Shown here: positions 37,515 through 51,315 of the stretch, in pieces
Layout of the letters: the number at the start of each line of letters is the position of its first letter
Position numbering within the stretch: the stretch's first letter is position 1
From: Malacoraja senta
Taxonomy: Eukaryota
DNA length: 64,000 bases
Assembly: GCA_038087875.1 (NCBI GenBank)
Contig: CM075980.1
Location: 9,486,001-9,550,000, forward strand
Direction: 5' to 3'
Made by a program: the position numbers and the translations under genes
The notes under the pieces: model-generated
Told to the model about the DNA's origin: nothing
Seen by the model: only the letters and a program-made list of their open reading frames with translations
The model's database searches: none

Positions 37515-40213
37515 GTAAGTACAATAATGACTACCTGAAAATTAGCACAATGCGATCATCCGCTTTCACTTTGATCCGATTTTTAAAGCGCACTACAAGT
37601 TGTCCTCTAATTCTTGCGATATTACGGCCGAATAAAGTCGGTGGCTTTAAGTTGAAATTTCTCTCAGTTTGATGTATGAACGCAGGATATGTGAGTAGCC
37701 GCGAGTGAGAGTTAAAGAAAGTCAAACGCGAAGGACACCTCCTGTTAGTTCAACTTGGGGAAAATAAACGAGCAGGTGGGAGCGGTCAGCGACAAGGCAG
37801 CATCTATGGAGACAAGAGAGCTGGTCCACATTTCAGGTTGAGACTCTGCATCGGGACAAGGTATAACGAGGGCTCCGCAGATGGTGCCTGGCCCCCTGAG
37901 TTCCTCCACCAGTTTGTTTTTGTTTTGCAGCATTTGCAGCATCTGCAATCTCTTATGCCTCCATATTTAAAAACTTACGAATCGAAAGCGTACGAATCAC
38001 TTATTAGGCCGATCCTCTTATCGAGCGTTTCAGCCTTGAGAAGAGAAGGGAATGGTTAAGTGTGGATGTAGCAAAAGCATGCGTGATAGATTAAAAAGTA
38101 ACTTAGCTGAGAGTGTCGATAGCATCAATGATGCACAGAAGAAAAAAGAGAATTGCTGGTTCCGCCAGTGCAATATCGGCCTATTTCGCGTTTGTTATTC
38201 CTGAATATTTATCTTTCTATATTCTATATACTCGAGTGTATGGAAATCTCCGTAATCGTGTAATGCTGATGTACACTTGTTCATGTCTAAGTAACCACTC
38301 GATTTAAAAAATCTCATTTTGTTATCACAGTCGTGGGATGGTTCTCTAATCTCAGGAAATTCTGAGGCATTGGCTTTCTTAAATTTGGCCTCTTAATCGT
38401 CAACGCTATTGTCACCTATTGTCACCATGAAGATCAAAACTCCGGATTACCCCTCAAGCATCTCATGCTTCCTACCTCTCTTTTCATCCTTAACATGCTC
38501 ATGAAATCTATCTCTTTGCCTAATAGCTTTTCCCCCTCGTTTGTTATTCTACGTGAATGGTCTGACTGTGTTTAACAATGCCTTATGAGCCATTTTGCTG
38601 TGACTATCGACGAGGAAATAAATTTCGAATTGACTTCCGAGCTGAAACTCATTGCCAGCAAATACTAAAAACACAATTATAAAATCTGCAAACGACGATA
38701 TTTTATTTCACACTAAACACCTTCGTGAGCATTTTCTAATTGACACTGCAGGGGCTGGCATATCACTCACTTTCGTTCACTTTTATTTGAATATCTTTGT
38801 ATTGGGCAATGCAAGTTGTTCAGTCCAATAGCGCTGAACATGTTGATACTGTCGCGATAGAAATAATGTTTGGCTGCATTAGTTTGGAATGTGGTACGTC
38901 GAATATAAAGAAGCAAGTATTTTGTGCAATATTTACATTTTTTTAATATCTCTATCTTCAATACCATTGGTAAGGAGTCAATGAAGTATTTTATTATACT
39001 TTTGAAGGGCTGACGATAAACTGACCTTACGAACTGCTCATTATTTCAATCGCGCTGGATATTTCAATCAAAAATCTTCCTTTATTCTGGACCATGCGGG
39101 CAAAATGGAATTAGTGACTTGAGTTTGAGTTTGACACTCATTGTGGCTTTCAACCTTCCATACAATAAAATTAAAGATCCGTGCTTTTTCAGGAGCTTAT
39201 CAAAATCAATAAATTTTGCTGCGACTGTATTAACAGCGTTTAGTAATATTTACACGTGCACTGTGTGAACTGTGTGAAGTGTGTGAAGTGTGTTTTAAGA
39301 TAGCAATAGAAGGGTGATACAGAAATCTGTAGATGTTGAAATCCTGAATGAAACGCAGTGCTCAACACTTTGGTAAGCGGGTCAGCGGGGCAGGCAGCAT
39401 CTGGGAAGGGTTCATTAAATTGTTGCGGAAATCAATCGGCATTGATCACAGTGAAATATTTTGAGTTTGGCGGCTAAACTCCAAATCTCGCTGCATTTAA
39501 TTTCAAGGATGGAATGAAATCGACCAAAGCATTTCATTGTAAGATTCCCGCTTTAATTAATGTTGATTCCTCTGACCGACCCCACCTTCCCTCACCCCTA
39601 CTGAATCGCCCATTTTACATCGAAAATATCAAGATTGTCCGAATTACATTTTCAACCACGAGGATGTAAATAGGATAAGCATTTAATGGAACACGGAGTA
39701 TTTACGGGTGTGTCTCTTTCCAAAATATCTAACTAAAATCGTTGATTTATTCCTACATTTGATTCCAGACCTTTGGACAAACTGTAGTAATGATCTTCTG
39801 TTGCACAAACGTTTTCACGTGTTTGCAAAATTATATTAATAGTAAATTCGTGGAAATAAAAACATAACAAACGGGAGCAGGAGTAGACTACCCGACACTT
39901 CCAGTTGGTTCCGAAGGTACCCATATTAATCATATTAATCATAAACGGCCTGGAAGATATCTGAATCTGTTCTCTCTGGTGCTAGGGGAAATGTTCTCGC
40001 TGCATGCAACCTTTCAAGACATGCAAGGAGTTTGCCTGTTTCGATGCGAATATAATTAATTGCTCTAAAATCTAGAGATTGCATCCCCGTCTTCTGAATT
40101 TTCCTTCATACGGCAAATGATCTATCTCTGGAACCTGGGGAAGCAAAGTAAACACTTGATTCGGAAGGCCAGCGTTAATAATTCACAATGCTGTACTTCT
40201 TTCTATTTTCCAG

Positions 40214-40536
40214 GTCCCCAGCCTCCCGCGGTGTCCGTCCTTGGACCTTCAGAGGAAGAAATCGCGGGAAAGGGCACCGCCACTCTGGTGTGTTTGGTGA
40301 ACGGGTTTAACCCGGGCGTTGTGGAGATTGAGTGGACGGTGGACGGCAGTGCGAGAAGTGATGGCGTCGACACAGGCCGAGCCCAGCAGGATCAGGACAA
40401 CACGTTCAGTACCAGAAGTTACCTGACTCTGCCAGCGTCAGACTGGAACTCACACGAGCTTTACTCCTGTGTGGTTAAACACGAGACTCAGGCAAACCCA
40501 CTGAAGACAAACATCGCCAGATCTGGTTGTGCTTGA
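40214..40536 (+). CDS. IGLC: Ig light chain constant exon C3
   Basis: Acceptor ttttccag ends at 40213. About 10 differences from C2 over 323 nt. Ends RSGCA*. Confidence 0.95.
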
Positions 40537-40572
40537 GTCAAAAATATGATGTCTTGAATTGATACATTTGGA

Positions 40573-40578
40573 AATAAA
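40573..40578 (+). terminator. Polyadenylation signal of C3
   Basis: AATAAA at the same position as after C1 and C2. Confidence 0.7.
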
Positions 40579-43500
40579 ATTCACGCTTAGAGATTACATG
40601 TCTGTTTTCTTTTATAGATTTTTTCAGTCACAGCAATTGCACAATGTAATTTCATAAGGAGGGGAGAGCAATAGAGTCTCATTTATCTCCCTGCATTGCT
40701 CGACTATTTTGTACCAAAACAATGATATAATAACTATGCATTAATACATTAGTAAATATGCTGAGCAAAAGTTTTAAGTTCAGCTAATTAACTTTACAAC
40801 AGTTAGGACGGAAACGATGCAGTACACGAACAGTTTATTCGCCATGGTTGTGTTTCCAGGCCATGGCGCCGAATTAAACTAATCCAAGTTTGTCTTTTTA
40901 AAGTAATTCTAGGTGGGTTACGGCGGGAAATAACAATGAATGGCTATGAAAGGAACTACAGATACTGGTTTACACTGTAGATAAACACGAAATGCTGGAG
41001 TAACTCAGCGGGACAGGCAGCATCGCTGGATAGATAGACTGCCCTTCAGTGTGAAGAAGGGTCACTAATTCCTTCTCTCCAGAGGTTCTGCCTGTCCCGC
41101 TGAGTTACACCAGCATTTGTATCTATCTTCCGTGTAAACCAGTATCTCTAGTTCCTTGCTTCGTACTTCCATCAACCGTGGTCCATTTGTTTGTCAATGA
41201 TCTGGTCTCACATTTAAAAGCATATCAGTGACTGTCTCCGGTACTACATACCAGCGTTACATAGGATTTTCTCTTGGCCGATTTTAAACATTGCATATTT
41301 TTTACATTCTAAACGGGTTTCAATGATAGTTATACGCGAGCAAGTGCAAATGCAACGCGTGAGCTGTAAGTTTATGGAAGCGTTATTTCGCAACCACCCA
41401 ATTATGTGCATAGTCACCTTCTCTGTTTATATTATATCTGATTATATTTTCACGACAGTGACAATTTTGCCACTGCCGTAGTCCAGTACTCCAGTTGGGT
41501 ACTCCAGCGCCGTAGACTTCATTAAGACTGATTATGGAGTACACAACTCGCCGGAAAATTAAAACCGATCAAGTACGATGGGAAAGTTTGCATTGGTTTG
41601 CAGAGGGCCAGTGCAACAACAACCGGAGAGGGCTAGGTAAATAAAGCAGAAGAAAAATGCTGGAGGAACACAGGTGGTCAGAGGATCTGGTGGCAAAGAG
41701 ACAGGCAACGTTTGGGGTCGTGTGCGTGCATCCGGATTTTTGTGGAGGGGAGGTAGCCAATATAAAGAGCTAAGAGTGGAGGGTGAGGCAGGGGCTAGCT
41801 GGTGAAAAGTGGAACTAGTTAAGAAGGGGCAGAAGGTGCCATGTTAAAGAGGGGGGGTGATAGAGTCGGGAGAAAGCAGCTAGAGGGTGGGTGATAGAGT
41901 CTGACAGGGGCAGAGAAGCAAAAATGAGAAAGGAGGCCAAGGTCGGAAAGTGAGGGTTCGTGGGCATATGGAACCAGTTGGACAAGGAGTAGGAGAAGGA
42001 GAGTTGCGTAGATCTGTTTAAAATTTATCACTTTTAATCAATTAAGGAAATACACAGCTATGTTTCAAACTGGGATAGGCACGAAGAGCTGTAGTAACTC
42101 AGCGGGACAGGCAGCATCTCTGGAGAGAAGGAATGGGTGACCAAGAAAGGTCTCGACCCGAAACGTCAATCATTCCTTCTCTCCAAAGATGCTGCCTGTC
42201 CCGCTGAGTTACTCCAGCTTTTTGTGTCTATCTTCGGTTTAAACAAGCATCTGCTGTTCCTCCCCGCACATTTTTATCTCACTGCGATAGTGTACATTCG
42301 AAAGGAAGGGATAAATGATACGATTTGCACTGGAAATGAGATTAATAACAGGATTCAGCATTGAGATGTCACTATGACGATAAGATATGTCACTATGTCA
42401 CCATGACAATAATAGTCGCTATGACGATTTAAAAAACCCGATTTCACAATGGGTGAGATGGTGCCCCTCAATCAAATTGAATGAGTAGTTAGATCGGAAG
42501 CAGGGGGCGGGATGCAGTAATCATTAGCTGATCAAGCGGAGTTCCCTTCCAGGCAGGAGAGGCGCAGATCGTAAAACGTTACGATGGGGAATAAACTGGG
42601 TGAAAACAAGAAACAAACGGATTAAGTGAGTGAGCCAAATAATAGCATGTGTATTTGACCGTGGAGAATTAAGAAATCGTCTGTGGTCCCAGGATTCCCG
42701 AGTCGAGTCCCTTGTATGCCACCCGCATTCAACATCCACGGAACGTCGTCCTAATGGATTTGGAAGGGCATTTTGAACGGCCTAAAACTGTCCCCGAAGC
42801 GAGCTTGATAGAAGCTGATCGATGAATAATATGATGCGAGCGATGTGATGGTCCACGAAAGCGCAACCTGAAAGCTCTTGACAAAATGGGAAAATCGTCT
42901 TCTAGTTTTGCTGTTTGTCAATATCTTTCAATGTCTCTAAACCTTTCTGACATTCAGAAGCCATCAAAGGTACAGAAATAGATTTAAGTGAATTTCATTC
43001 AAAGGAAAGCAAATAAACACATTTAAAATATGAATAAAGTATGAAACATGAAATATAAAAGATGGAACATCAGATAATTGAAATAAAAATGTAGTTAGTC
43101 TTCAGTTTGGGCCCCAGAACCTTCTTTCAAATGAATGAGCCCATAGATCCTGCAACCTAAAGGAATCTCAGTCAGCCATCACTCCACCGATGGGAATACC
43201 CTGGTATGGACTGCGGTGGCGCTGCAGGTAGACCATTTGGCTCGGATCACCAGCGAGCTGGGTTGAACCCTGAGCTCTGATGCAGTCTTTGCGCTATTTT
43301 CTCCGTTTCCCAGTGACGCCCCCATCTCCCTCCTCCCAACCCCCCCCCCCCCCCCCACCCTCCGACCCCCAGTGAGCTCCAATTTCTCATCAAACCCCAG
43401 GGTCGTGCAGGTTGTTCGGCTAATTGGCCACTGTAACTTTCAGTTAATAGAGGAGCATTAATTGACATTGTGAGCGAATAGGTCTCGAGGAAATAAGGAG

Positions 43501-43844
43501 AGCGGGATGGATTGGATTGTTCTCGGACCTGCGAACACTCCCATCCATGTCGTTGTCAAATCTGGAATCTCAGCATGAAAATATCAAGCAGTCATCCGGA
43601 TGTCCATATATGGGACCTCCCATTAATGTGGAAATATTGACATTTATTTTCAATAATTTTTAGAGCTTTTGTTATTTAAGTGGAAAGTTTCCTTTCCGCT
43701 GAGGAATTCGAAACTGTGGGCCAATCAGCAGATGTAGCTTTCATGTAAACTAAACACGGATAGCTGAAGTACAAATGAAAAAGGAGGTAGAAAATCACTG
43801 GAATGTGCTTCTTTATCACAGGTGGGTGATAACACCCATAACCC

Positions 43845-44480
43845 ATAACTTTTCATACCAAGGTAAGTTGAGTATAGGAGCAAAGAGGTCCTTCTGCAGT
43901 TGTACAGGGCCCCAGTGAGACCACACCTGGAGTATTGGGTGCAGTTTTGGTCTCCAAATTTGAGGAAGGACATTCTTCCTATTGATGGAATGCAGCGCAG
44001 GTTTAGAAGGTTAATTCCCGGGATGGCGTGAGTCTCATATGCTGAGAGAATGGAGCGGCTGGGCTTGTATAGTCTGTAATTTAGAAGGAATTTTATTGAA
44101 ACATAAGATTATTAAGGGTTTGGCCATGCTAGAGGCAGGAAACATGTTCCCGATGTTGGGGGAGTCCAGAAGCAGGAGCCACAGTTTAAGAATAAGGGGT
44201 AAGCCATTTAGAACTGAGACGAGGAAACACTTTTTCTCACAGAGAGTTGTAAGTCTGTGGAATTCTCTGCCTCAGAGCGCGGTGGAGACCAGTTCTCTGG
44301 ATACATTCAAGAGAGAGCTAGATAGGGCTCTAAAAGATAGCGGAGTCAGGGGATATGGGGATAAGGCAGGAACGGGGTACTGATTGGGGATGATCAGCCA
44401 TGTTCACATTGAATGGCTGTGCTGGCTCGAAGGGCCGAATGGCCTACTCCTGCACCTATTGTCTATTGCCTATTGTCTAT
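43845..44480 (+). mobile_element. CR1-type LINE 3' fragment
   Basis: ORF 44039-44383 RSHSLRIRGKPFRTETRKHFFSQRVV. Confidence 0.8.
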
Positions 44481-45149
44481 TGTGGGTAACACCAAAGAAA
44501 GAGGAAAGCATTATCCTCGGTAGACCTAAATGCTGGAGTAACTCAGCGGGACATGCAGCATTTCTGGAGAGAAGGAATGGGTGACGTTTTGTGTCAAGAC
44601 CCTTCTTCAGACTCAAATTCTCGGTCCTTCGTCTGGGGTATTGCAGTCAGCTTCATGTAAAATAACTCCATAGTGATACATTGACCACGAATGACGGTAA
44701 ACGCACATTGATTGGATGGAATGATACCAAACCTTACGAAATTAATCTACCTCAATTATTTATCAGAAATGAATTCTGTAGCTAAGGTAGTGAAAAACCT
44801 AGAAATACATTTTACAGCAATGTAATGCTTAGAGGTGTTAGAACGTGAAAATGTATCCCATCAAGATCTATCGAATTTGGTCATGTAATAAGGAATAGGA
44901 GTCCAATTAGGCCATTCGGCCCATCAAGTCTACTCGACCATTCAATCGTGGCTGATCTATCTCTCTCCCCTAACCATTCTACTGCCTTCTCCCCATAACC
45001 TCTGACACCTATGATTTTGTGTATATATTTGGTATCAAAACATATACCAATGCATGGTTATCAAAGAAATGAACATGCGCCAACGTGGTTCGCATTCTCT
45101 TCGGGGTGTCCAAAGCTGTTTCCAGCTAATTCTAAATTAAGGAAACACA

Positions 45150-47750
45150 GTCGTCAACTACCACGCTGCATTCCCTCAATAATAAGAACGTCCTTCCTCA
45201 AATTTGGAGACCAAATCTGCACACAATACTACAGGTGTGGTCTCACCAGGGCCCTGTACAACTGCAGAAGAACCTCTTTGTTCCTATACTCAACTCCTCT
45301 TGTTATAAAGGTCAACATGCCTTTTGCTTTCCTCACTGCCTGCAGTACCTGCATGCTTACTTTCATTGACTGATGAACAAGGACCCCCAGATCCCATTGT
45401 ACATCCCCTTTTCCCAACTTGACACCATTTAGATAATAAACTGCCTTCCTCTTTTGCCACCAAAGTCGATAACCTCACATTTATCCACATTAAACTGCAT
45501 CTGCCATGCATCTGCACACTCACCCAACCTGTCCAAGTCACCCTGCATCCTCATAGTATCCTCCTCACAGTTCACACTGCCAACCAGCTTTGTGTCATCT
45601 GCAAATTTGCTAATGTTACTTTCAATCTCTTCATCTAAATCATTAATATATATTGTAAATAGCTGCGGTCCCAGCACCGAGCCTTGCGGTACCCCACTAG
45701 TCACTGCCTACCATTGTGAAAGGGACCCGTTAATCCCTACTCTTTGTCTCCTGCCTGCCAACCAATTTTCTATCCATGTCAGCACCCTTCCCCCAATACC
45801 ATGTGCTCTAATTTTGCCCACTAATCTCCTATGTGGGACCTCTTCAAATGTTTTCTGAAAGTCCAGGTACACTACATCCACTGGATCTCCCTTGTCCATT
45901 TTCCCAGTTGCATCCTCAAAAAATTCCAGAAGATTAGTCAGGCATGATTTCCCCTTAGTAAATCCATGCCGACTCGGACCGATCCTGCTACTGCGATCCA
46001 AATGTGCCGCTATTTCATCTTTTATGATTGACTTCAACATCTTCCCCACCACCGATGTCAGTCTAACTGGTCTATAATTCCCTGTTTTCTCTCTCCCGCC
46101 TTTCTTAAGAAGTGGGATAACATTAGCTACCCTCCAATCCACAGGAACTGATCCTGATTCTATAGAACATTGTAAAATCATCACCAATGCATCCACGATT
46201 TTTAGAGCCACTTCCTTAAGTACCCTGGGATGTAGACCATCAGGCCCTGGGGATTTATCAGCCTTCAGTCCGATCAACACCATTTCCTGCCTAATGTGAA
46301 TTTCCTTCAGTTCCTCTGTCAGCCTAGATCCTCTGGCCACTACTATATCAGGAAGATTGTTTGTGTCCTCCTTAGTTGTTTGTGAATGCTCCACTGCATG
46401 GATTAATAAGGGTTAATCTACATTAGTGAAGACGGATCCAAAGTACATGTTCAACTCGTCTGCCATTTCCATGTTCCCCACAATAAATTCGCCCTTTTCA
46501 GTCTTCAAGGGTCCAACTTTGGTCTTAACTAATTTTTCCCTCTTCACATACTTAAAGAAGCTTTTACTATCCTCCTTTATATTCCTGGCTAGCTTACCTT
46601 CGTACCTCATATTTTCTCCACGTACTGCCTTTTTAGTTATCTTCTGTTGCTCTTTAAAAGTTACCCAATCCTCTGGCTTCCCGCTCATCTTTGCTATGTT
46701 GTACTTTTATTTCATTTTATACTGTCCCTGACTTCCCTTGTCAGCCACGGTCGCCTCTTACTCGCCTTGGAATATTTCTTCCTCTTTGGAATGAACTGAT
46801 CCTGCACCGTCTGTATTATTCCCAGAAATACCTGCCATTGCTGTACCACTGTCATCCCTGCTATGGTATCTATCCAGTCAACTTGGCCAGCTCATCCTTC
46901 ATGGCTCCATATTCCCCTTTGTTCAACTGTAATACTGACACCTCCGATTTACCCTTCTCCCTCTCAAATTGTAGATTAAAACTTATCATATTATGGTCAC
47001 TACCTCCTAATGGCTCCGTTACCTCGTGTTCCCTTATCACATCCGGTTCATTACACACACACTAAATCCAAAATTGCCTTCTCCCTGGTAGGCTCCAGTA
47101 CGAGCTCCTCTAAGAAGCCATCACGGAGGCTCTCCACAAACTCCCTTTCTTGGGGTTCAGTACCAACCTGATTTCCACAGTCCACCTGCATGTTGAAATC
47201 TCCAATAACAATCTTTACAACATGCCAATTTTAACTCTTGATTCAAACTTGCACCCTATATCCAGGCTACTGTTTGGGGGCCTGTAGATAACACTAACTA
47301 AGGTCTTTTTACCCGTACTATTTCTCAGTTCCATCCATACTGACTAAATTTACTGATTCTATGTCACCCCTTGCAAGGGACTGAATTTAATTCCTCACCA
47401 ACAGAGCTACCCCACTCTCTCTGCCCACCTGTCTGTTTTTCGATAGGACTTTGCCATTGAATATTCAGTTCCCAGCCCTGGTCCTCTTGCAGCCATGTCT
47501 CTGTAATTCCCACAACATCATACTTGCCAATTTCTGTCTCAAACTCATCCACTTTATTTCTTATATTTCGCGCAATACAACACTTTGACTTCGTGATTCA
47601 CATCCCCTCTCACTCCGGTCACTATTGACCCTGACCTTACTCTTTTACCCTTCTCGAACATTCCTTCCCATTAATTCGGTAGTCTTTTATAACCTTTCCT
47701 GTACTCACTTCCGCTTTAACTCTATCTTTATACTCCCAATTTGTCAATCC
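45150..47750 (-). mobile_element. Degenerate CR1-type LINE ORF2 (gamma copy, no L1 insertion)
   Basis: ORFs 45429-45704 (PQGSVLGP..KFADDTKL), 45708-46394 and 46413-46688. Confidence 0.88.
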
Positions 47751-49890
47751 CCCCCCCCCCCCCCCCACGTCCCGCTGACTAGTTAGAACGCAACAAAAGC
47801 TTTTCACTGTACCTCGGTACACGTGACAATAAACTAAACTCGAACTCCAAGTAGAGGTTGCTATTGAATCAAACATGGTGCTTTTGAATGACGGAGACTT
47901 TTTCAGGTGCTAAGCATCCCAAATGTGTTACAAATTGTATTTTCTGAAGCATATCAGCGATTCATGGGTTTTGTGATCAACTGATAGCTTCATGGCTGCC
48001 GTCGTCCCAAACAAAGGTGATATTTTTCCCAAGTAGCTTTTAATTCCAGATTTCCAAGTCATTACTAATTCAAACCCGCGTACAGTGGGACATAATGTCG
48101 GAAGTAACCTACATTTTCTTATGCTATTACTTCGCGTGTGCCAGAGATGTGCTTACACCGGCAGGTGGTGATGTTGTATCACTTAAACCTCCTTCTAGAA
48201 GATAAATTTGTCTTCGGAAGCCGCGCCCGGAATAAGTCCGAGGAAAGATCTGGACTCAAAACATCACCTATTTCCTTTCTCCAGAGATGCTGCCAAACCC
48301 GCTGAGTTACTCCAGCTTTTTATGCCTATCTTCCCTGAATACATAAGGTCGAATAGTCTGCGCACTGCAATCTTCTATAGGCTCTGTCGAATTCATGCGC
48401 TTCGATTTTTCATAATGTTTCCACCCCTCTGTACTCGGCGCATATGTTTTCCAGTCCACTGAAGTTCGCTTTCCCAGATCCGACTGGCTCAGATTGGAAC
48501 AACAAGGCCCTCGTCGGCAGCAGGAGTGCCAACAACACGTGTTGTGCATGAGTCAATGAGAGCATCACGTTAAAATCTCTTCTGGAAACCTGTTACTGAT
48601 CGTTAACGCCATCTCCAGCTTCGCCCTCCGTCCGAACTCACGAGAGATTGTCAATATTTCTGAAGGCCTTTGACTATCAAAAATATGTATCAACTGGTAA
48701 ATCAGGGCCATTCAGTTAAATAAGGAAAAAAAGTGAAAGGCAAGAAACCTCAAGCCTAATACCGAGGTAAAACAATGGTAATAATTTAAACATTTAAAAA
48801 AAAAATAACAGCAATTACAGATGTTGCAAACCGGGACATATTGGTGATCTCAGTAGGTTTGGCAGCATCAAATAAAACAAACTACCATATTTTAACCGAA
48901 CTTCCGCTCCCTTTATACGCAAGAGAATGAGCTGGCTAATCCTATACCGCCTGATCGCCGACAAGATTTCAGCGTGTGTGTGTAAATGCTGTGGAATCTC
49001 GAGATCAATAGTGGACGAGGCCCCAGACAAAATGGCTGGTGGAGGTATCAAACATTTTTTATGGTTGGATTTTCACTAAAGTTCTTCAAAAAGTCCTTTA
49101 ACTTAAAGCCAGAGAAGTCATGGGATCAATGCTGTGTCGGAAATTAGTTTAGTTTAGTGTAGAGATACAGCATGGAAACAGGCCCTTAACCCCATCGAGA
49201 CCACACCAACGATCGATTTACCTATCACAGGATAATTTCCAATGAGTACCGAGGGTTGTTGTCATAACGCCCCACCCCCCCCCCCCCCCTCCGTCCCCAT
49301 AGACATTTCTAATGCAAAACAATTATGTTGCCTCACTTTACACTGCCCAGTGTTCAATATATCGAATTTAAACAAGCCAATGAAAACCAATGGCCCACAA
49401 TATTTTACAGAACAGTCGCTAAAGGAAGATCTCCGAAGACCTTATTGGTAATTTCTCAGTTTTCAAACATAGAGTTTCCATGCACCACTTTTTTCTGGTC
49501 CTCTGTATTAAGTATCCAGTGATGCATTGGGTAACTACAGTCAGGAAAGCTTTATATCAGTGGCAGAGAAATTATTGTAGAAAAGTCTGAAGGACAGGAC
49601 TATTGTACATTTGGAAAGCCAGAGTTTCATTTGGGATATTCGACCTAGATTTATGCGGAAGAACTCCTTTCTCACGAATTTAAATGAATTTATTTGAGGA
49701 AGTAACAAAGGAGTTTGATTAAGGCAGGGTGGTAGGTGTTATACGTATTGTAGATAGGCATATTTAAATGCGCCAGATATGATCAATATGTTGATAAGTA
49801 AGGAAGGTTGCCTTTGGCTACAGCATTACATTGTTGAAGTGCGTTGGTGGACAAGTGCGCGGTGATGTATTCTGGGAAATCAAATAGGCC

Positions 49891-51120
49891 ACATCTCCCC
49901 TTCACAAAGCCATGCTGACTTTAGCCTATTTTATCGTGAACTTCTAAATACTCTGTTACCTCATCCTTTATAATGTACTCTAAAATATTACCAACCAAAG
50001 CCAGTTTAACCGGCCTATAGTTCCACCTATTCTGCCTTGCTCCCTTTTTGTGCAGCGGGGTAATACTGGCAATCATTTGGAACCTGATTCTAGTCATTCC
50101 TGAAATATCATTATCAATGCCTCTACAATCTCTAAAGCCACTACTTTCAGAACCATAGGGTGCAGTCCATCCAGCCCAGGTGACTTATCCACCTTCAGCC
50201 CTTTCAGCTTCGCAAGCACCTTCTCTCTAATAATAGCCACTCCACTAAATTCCACCCCCTGACTAGCTTTAATTTCCGCACATTGCTGGTGTCTTCCACT
50301 GTGAACTCTGATGCAAAAAAGTTATTCAACTCCTCTGCCATTTATTTATTCCCCATTATCACTTCTCCTGCATCATTCTTCAGCGGTCCAACGTCCACAC
50401 TTGCCGCTTTCTTTCCCTTTATATGTGAAGAAACTCTTGCTGTCCTCTTTTATATTATTGGCTAGCTTACTTTCGTATTTCATTTTTCTCCCCATATTGT
50501 CTTTTTAGTTACCCTCTGTTGTTCTTCAAACGCTTCCCAATCCTTTCCCTACCCACTCATCTTTGGTGTGTTATATGCCTTCTTTTTTCGTTTTATACTG
50601 TCCTTGACTTTCCTTGTCAGCCACGGTTGTCTCTTTCTCCCCCTAGTATATTTCTTCCTCTTTGGATTGAAAAGATCCTGCATCTTCTGGATTATTCCCA
50701 GAAATTCCTGCCACTGCTGTTCCACCGTCATCCCTGCTATGGTCCCTTTCCAGTCAACTTTGGCCAGCTCCTCCCTCATGCCCCTGTAGTCCCATTTGCA
50801 CAGCTACAATACCAACACATCTGAAATCACCTGATCCCTCTCAAATTACAGATTAAAATGTATCATATTGTGGTCGCTACCTCCTCATGGTTCCTTTACT
50901 TTGAGTTCCCTTATCAAATCTGGTTCATTACATAACACTAAACCCAAAATTGCCTTCTTCCCTGGTAGGCTCCACTACAAGCTTCTGTAAGAATTTATCT
51001 CGAAGGCACTCTACAAATTTCGTTTCTTAGGGTCCAGTACCAACCTGATTGACCCAGTCTACCTGCATATTGAAGTCTCCCATGACCACCGTAGCATTTA
51101 CTTTTTTACATGCTAATGTA
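49891..51120 (-). mobile_element. CR1-type LINE ORF2 fragment, different subfamily
   Basis: ORF 50549-50779 (EELAKVDW..QQWQEF..PWLT..IKRKKKAY) is homologous to the CR1 linker region in gamma. Confidence 0.75.
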
Positions 51121-51207
51121 TCTCCTGATAATGAATATGATATAGGAACTGATATAAACACTGCTTCGGTCACACTTGGGGTGTTGTGCGTTCGTCAGAC
51201 TACCAGG

Positions 51208-51315
51208 CATAGAAACATAGAAACATAGAAACATAGAAACATAGAAACATAGAAACATAGAAACATAGAAACATAGAAAATAGGTGCAGGAGTAGGCCAT
51301 TCGGCCCTTCGAGAC
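51208..51315 (-). mobile_element. Very short CR1 3' end with (CATAGAAA)9 tail
   Basis: Nine exact 8-mers at 51208-51279, followed by ataggtgcaggagtaggccattcggcc. Confidence 0.75.

Larger units (their letters stand above)
30612..48129 (+). repeat. Segmental duplication unit gamma (~17.5 kb), containing VJ2 and C3
   Basis: Colinear with beta; homology stops abruptly at about 48129. Confidence 0.8.

Noticed and set aside
37515-37672. Long C-terminal extension of the VJ2 ORF
   Set aside because: Read-through past the GTAAGT donor; not conserved in the other clusters.
39440-39490. CACAGTG heptamers (also near 755, 57137, 57194) as possible RSS
   Set aside because: No ACAAAAACC-like nonamer at 12 or 23 bp spacing and no adjacent V or J segment.
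45708-46394. 228-aa reverse-transcriptase-like ORF as an active gene
   Set aside because: Fragment of a frameshifted CR1 ORF2; cannot encode a full protein.
51208-51279. Regular 8-bp repeat array
   Set aside because: Microsatellite tail of a CR1 3' end; no spacers, so not CRISPR-like.
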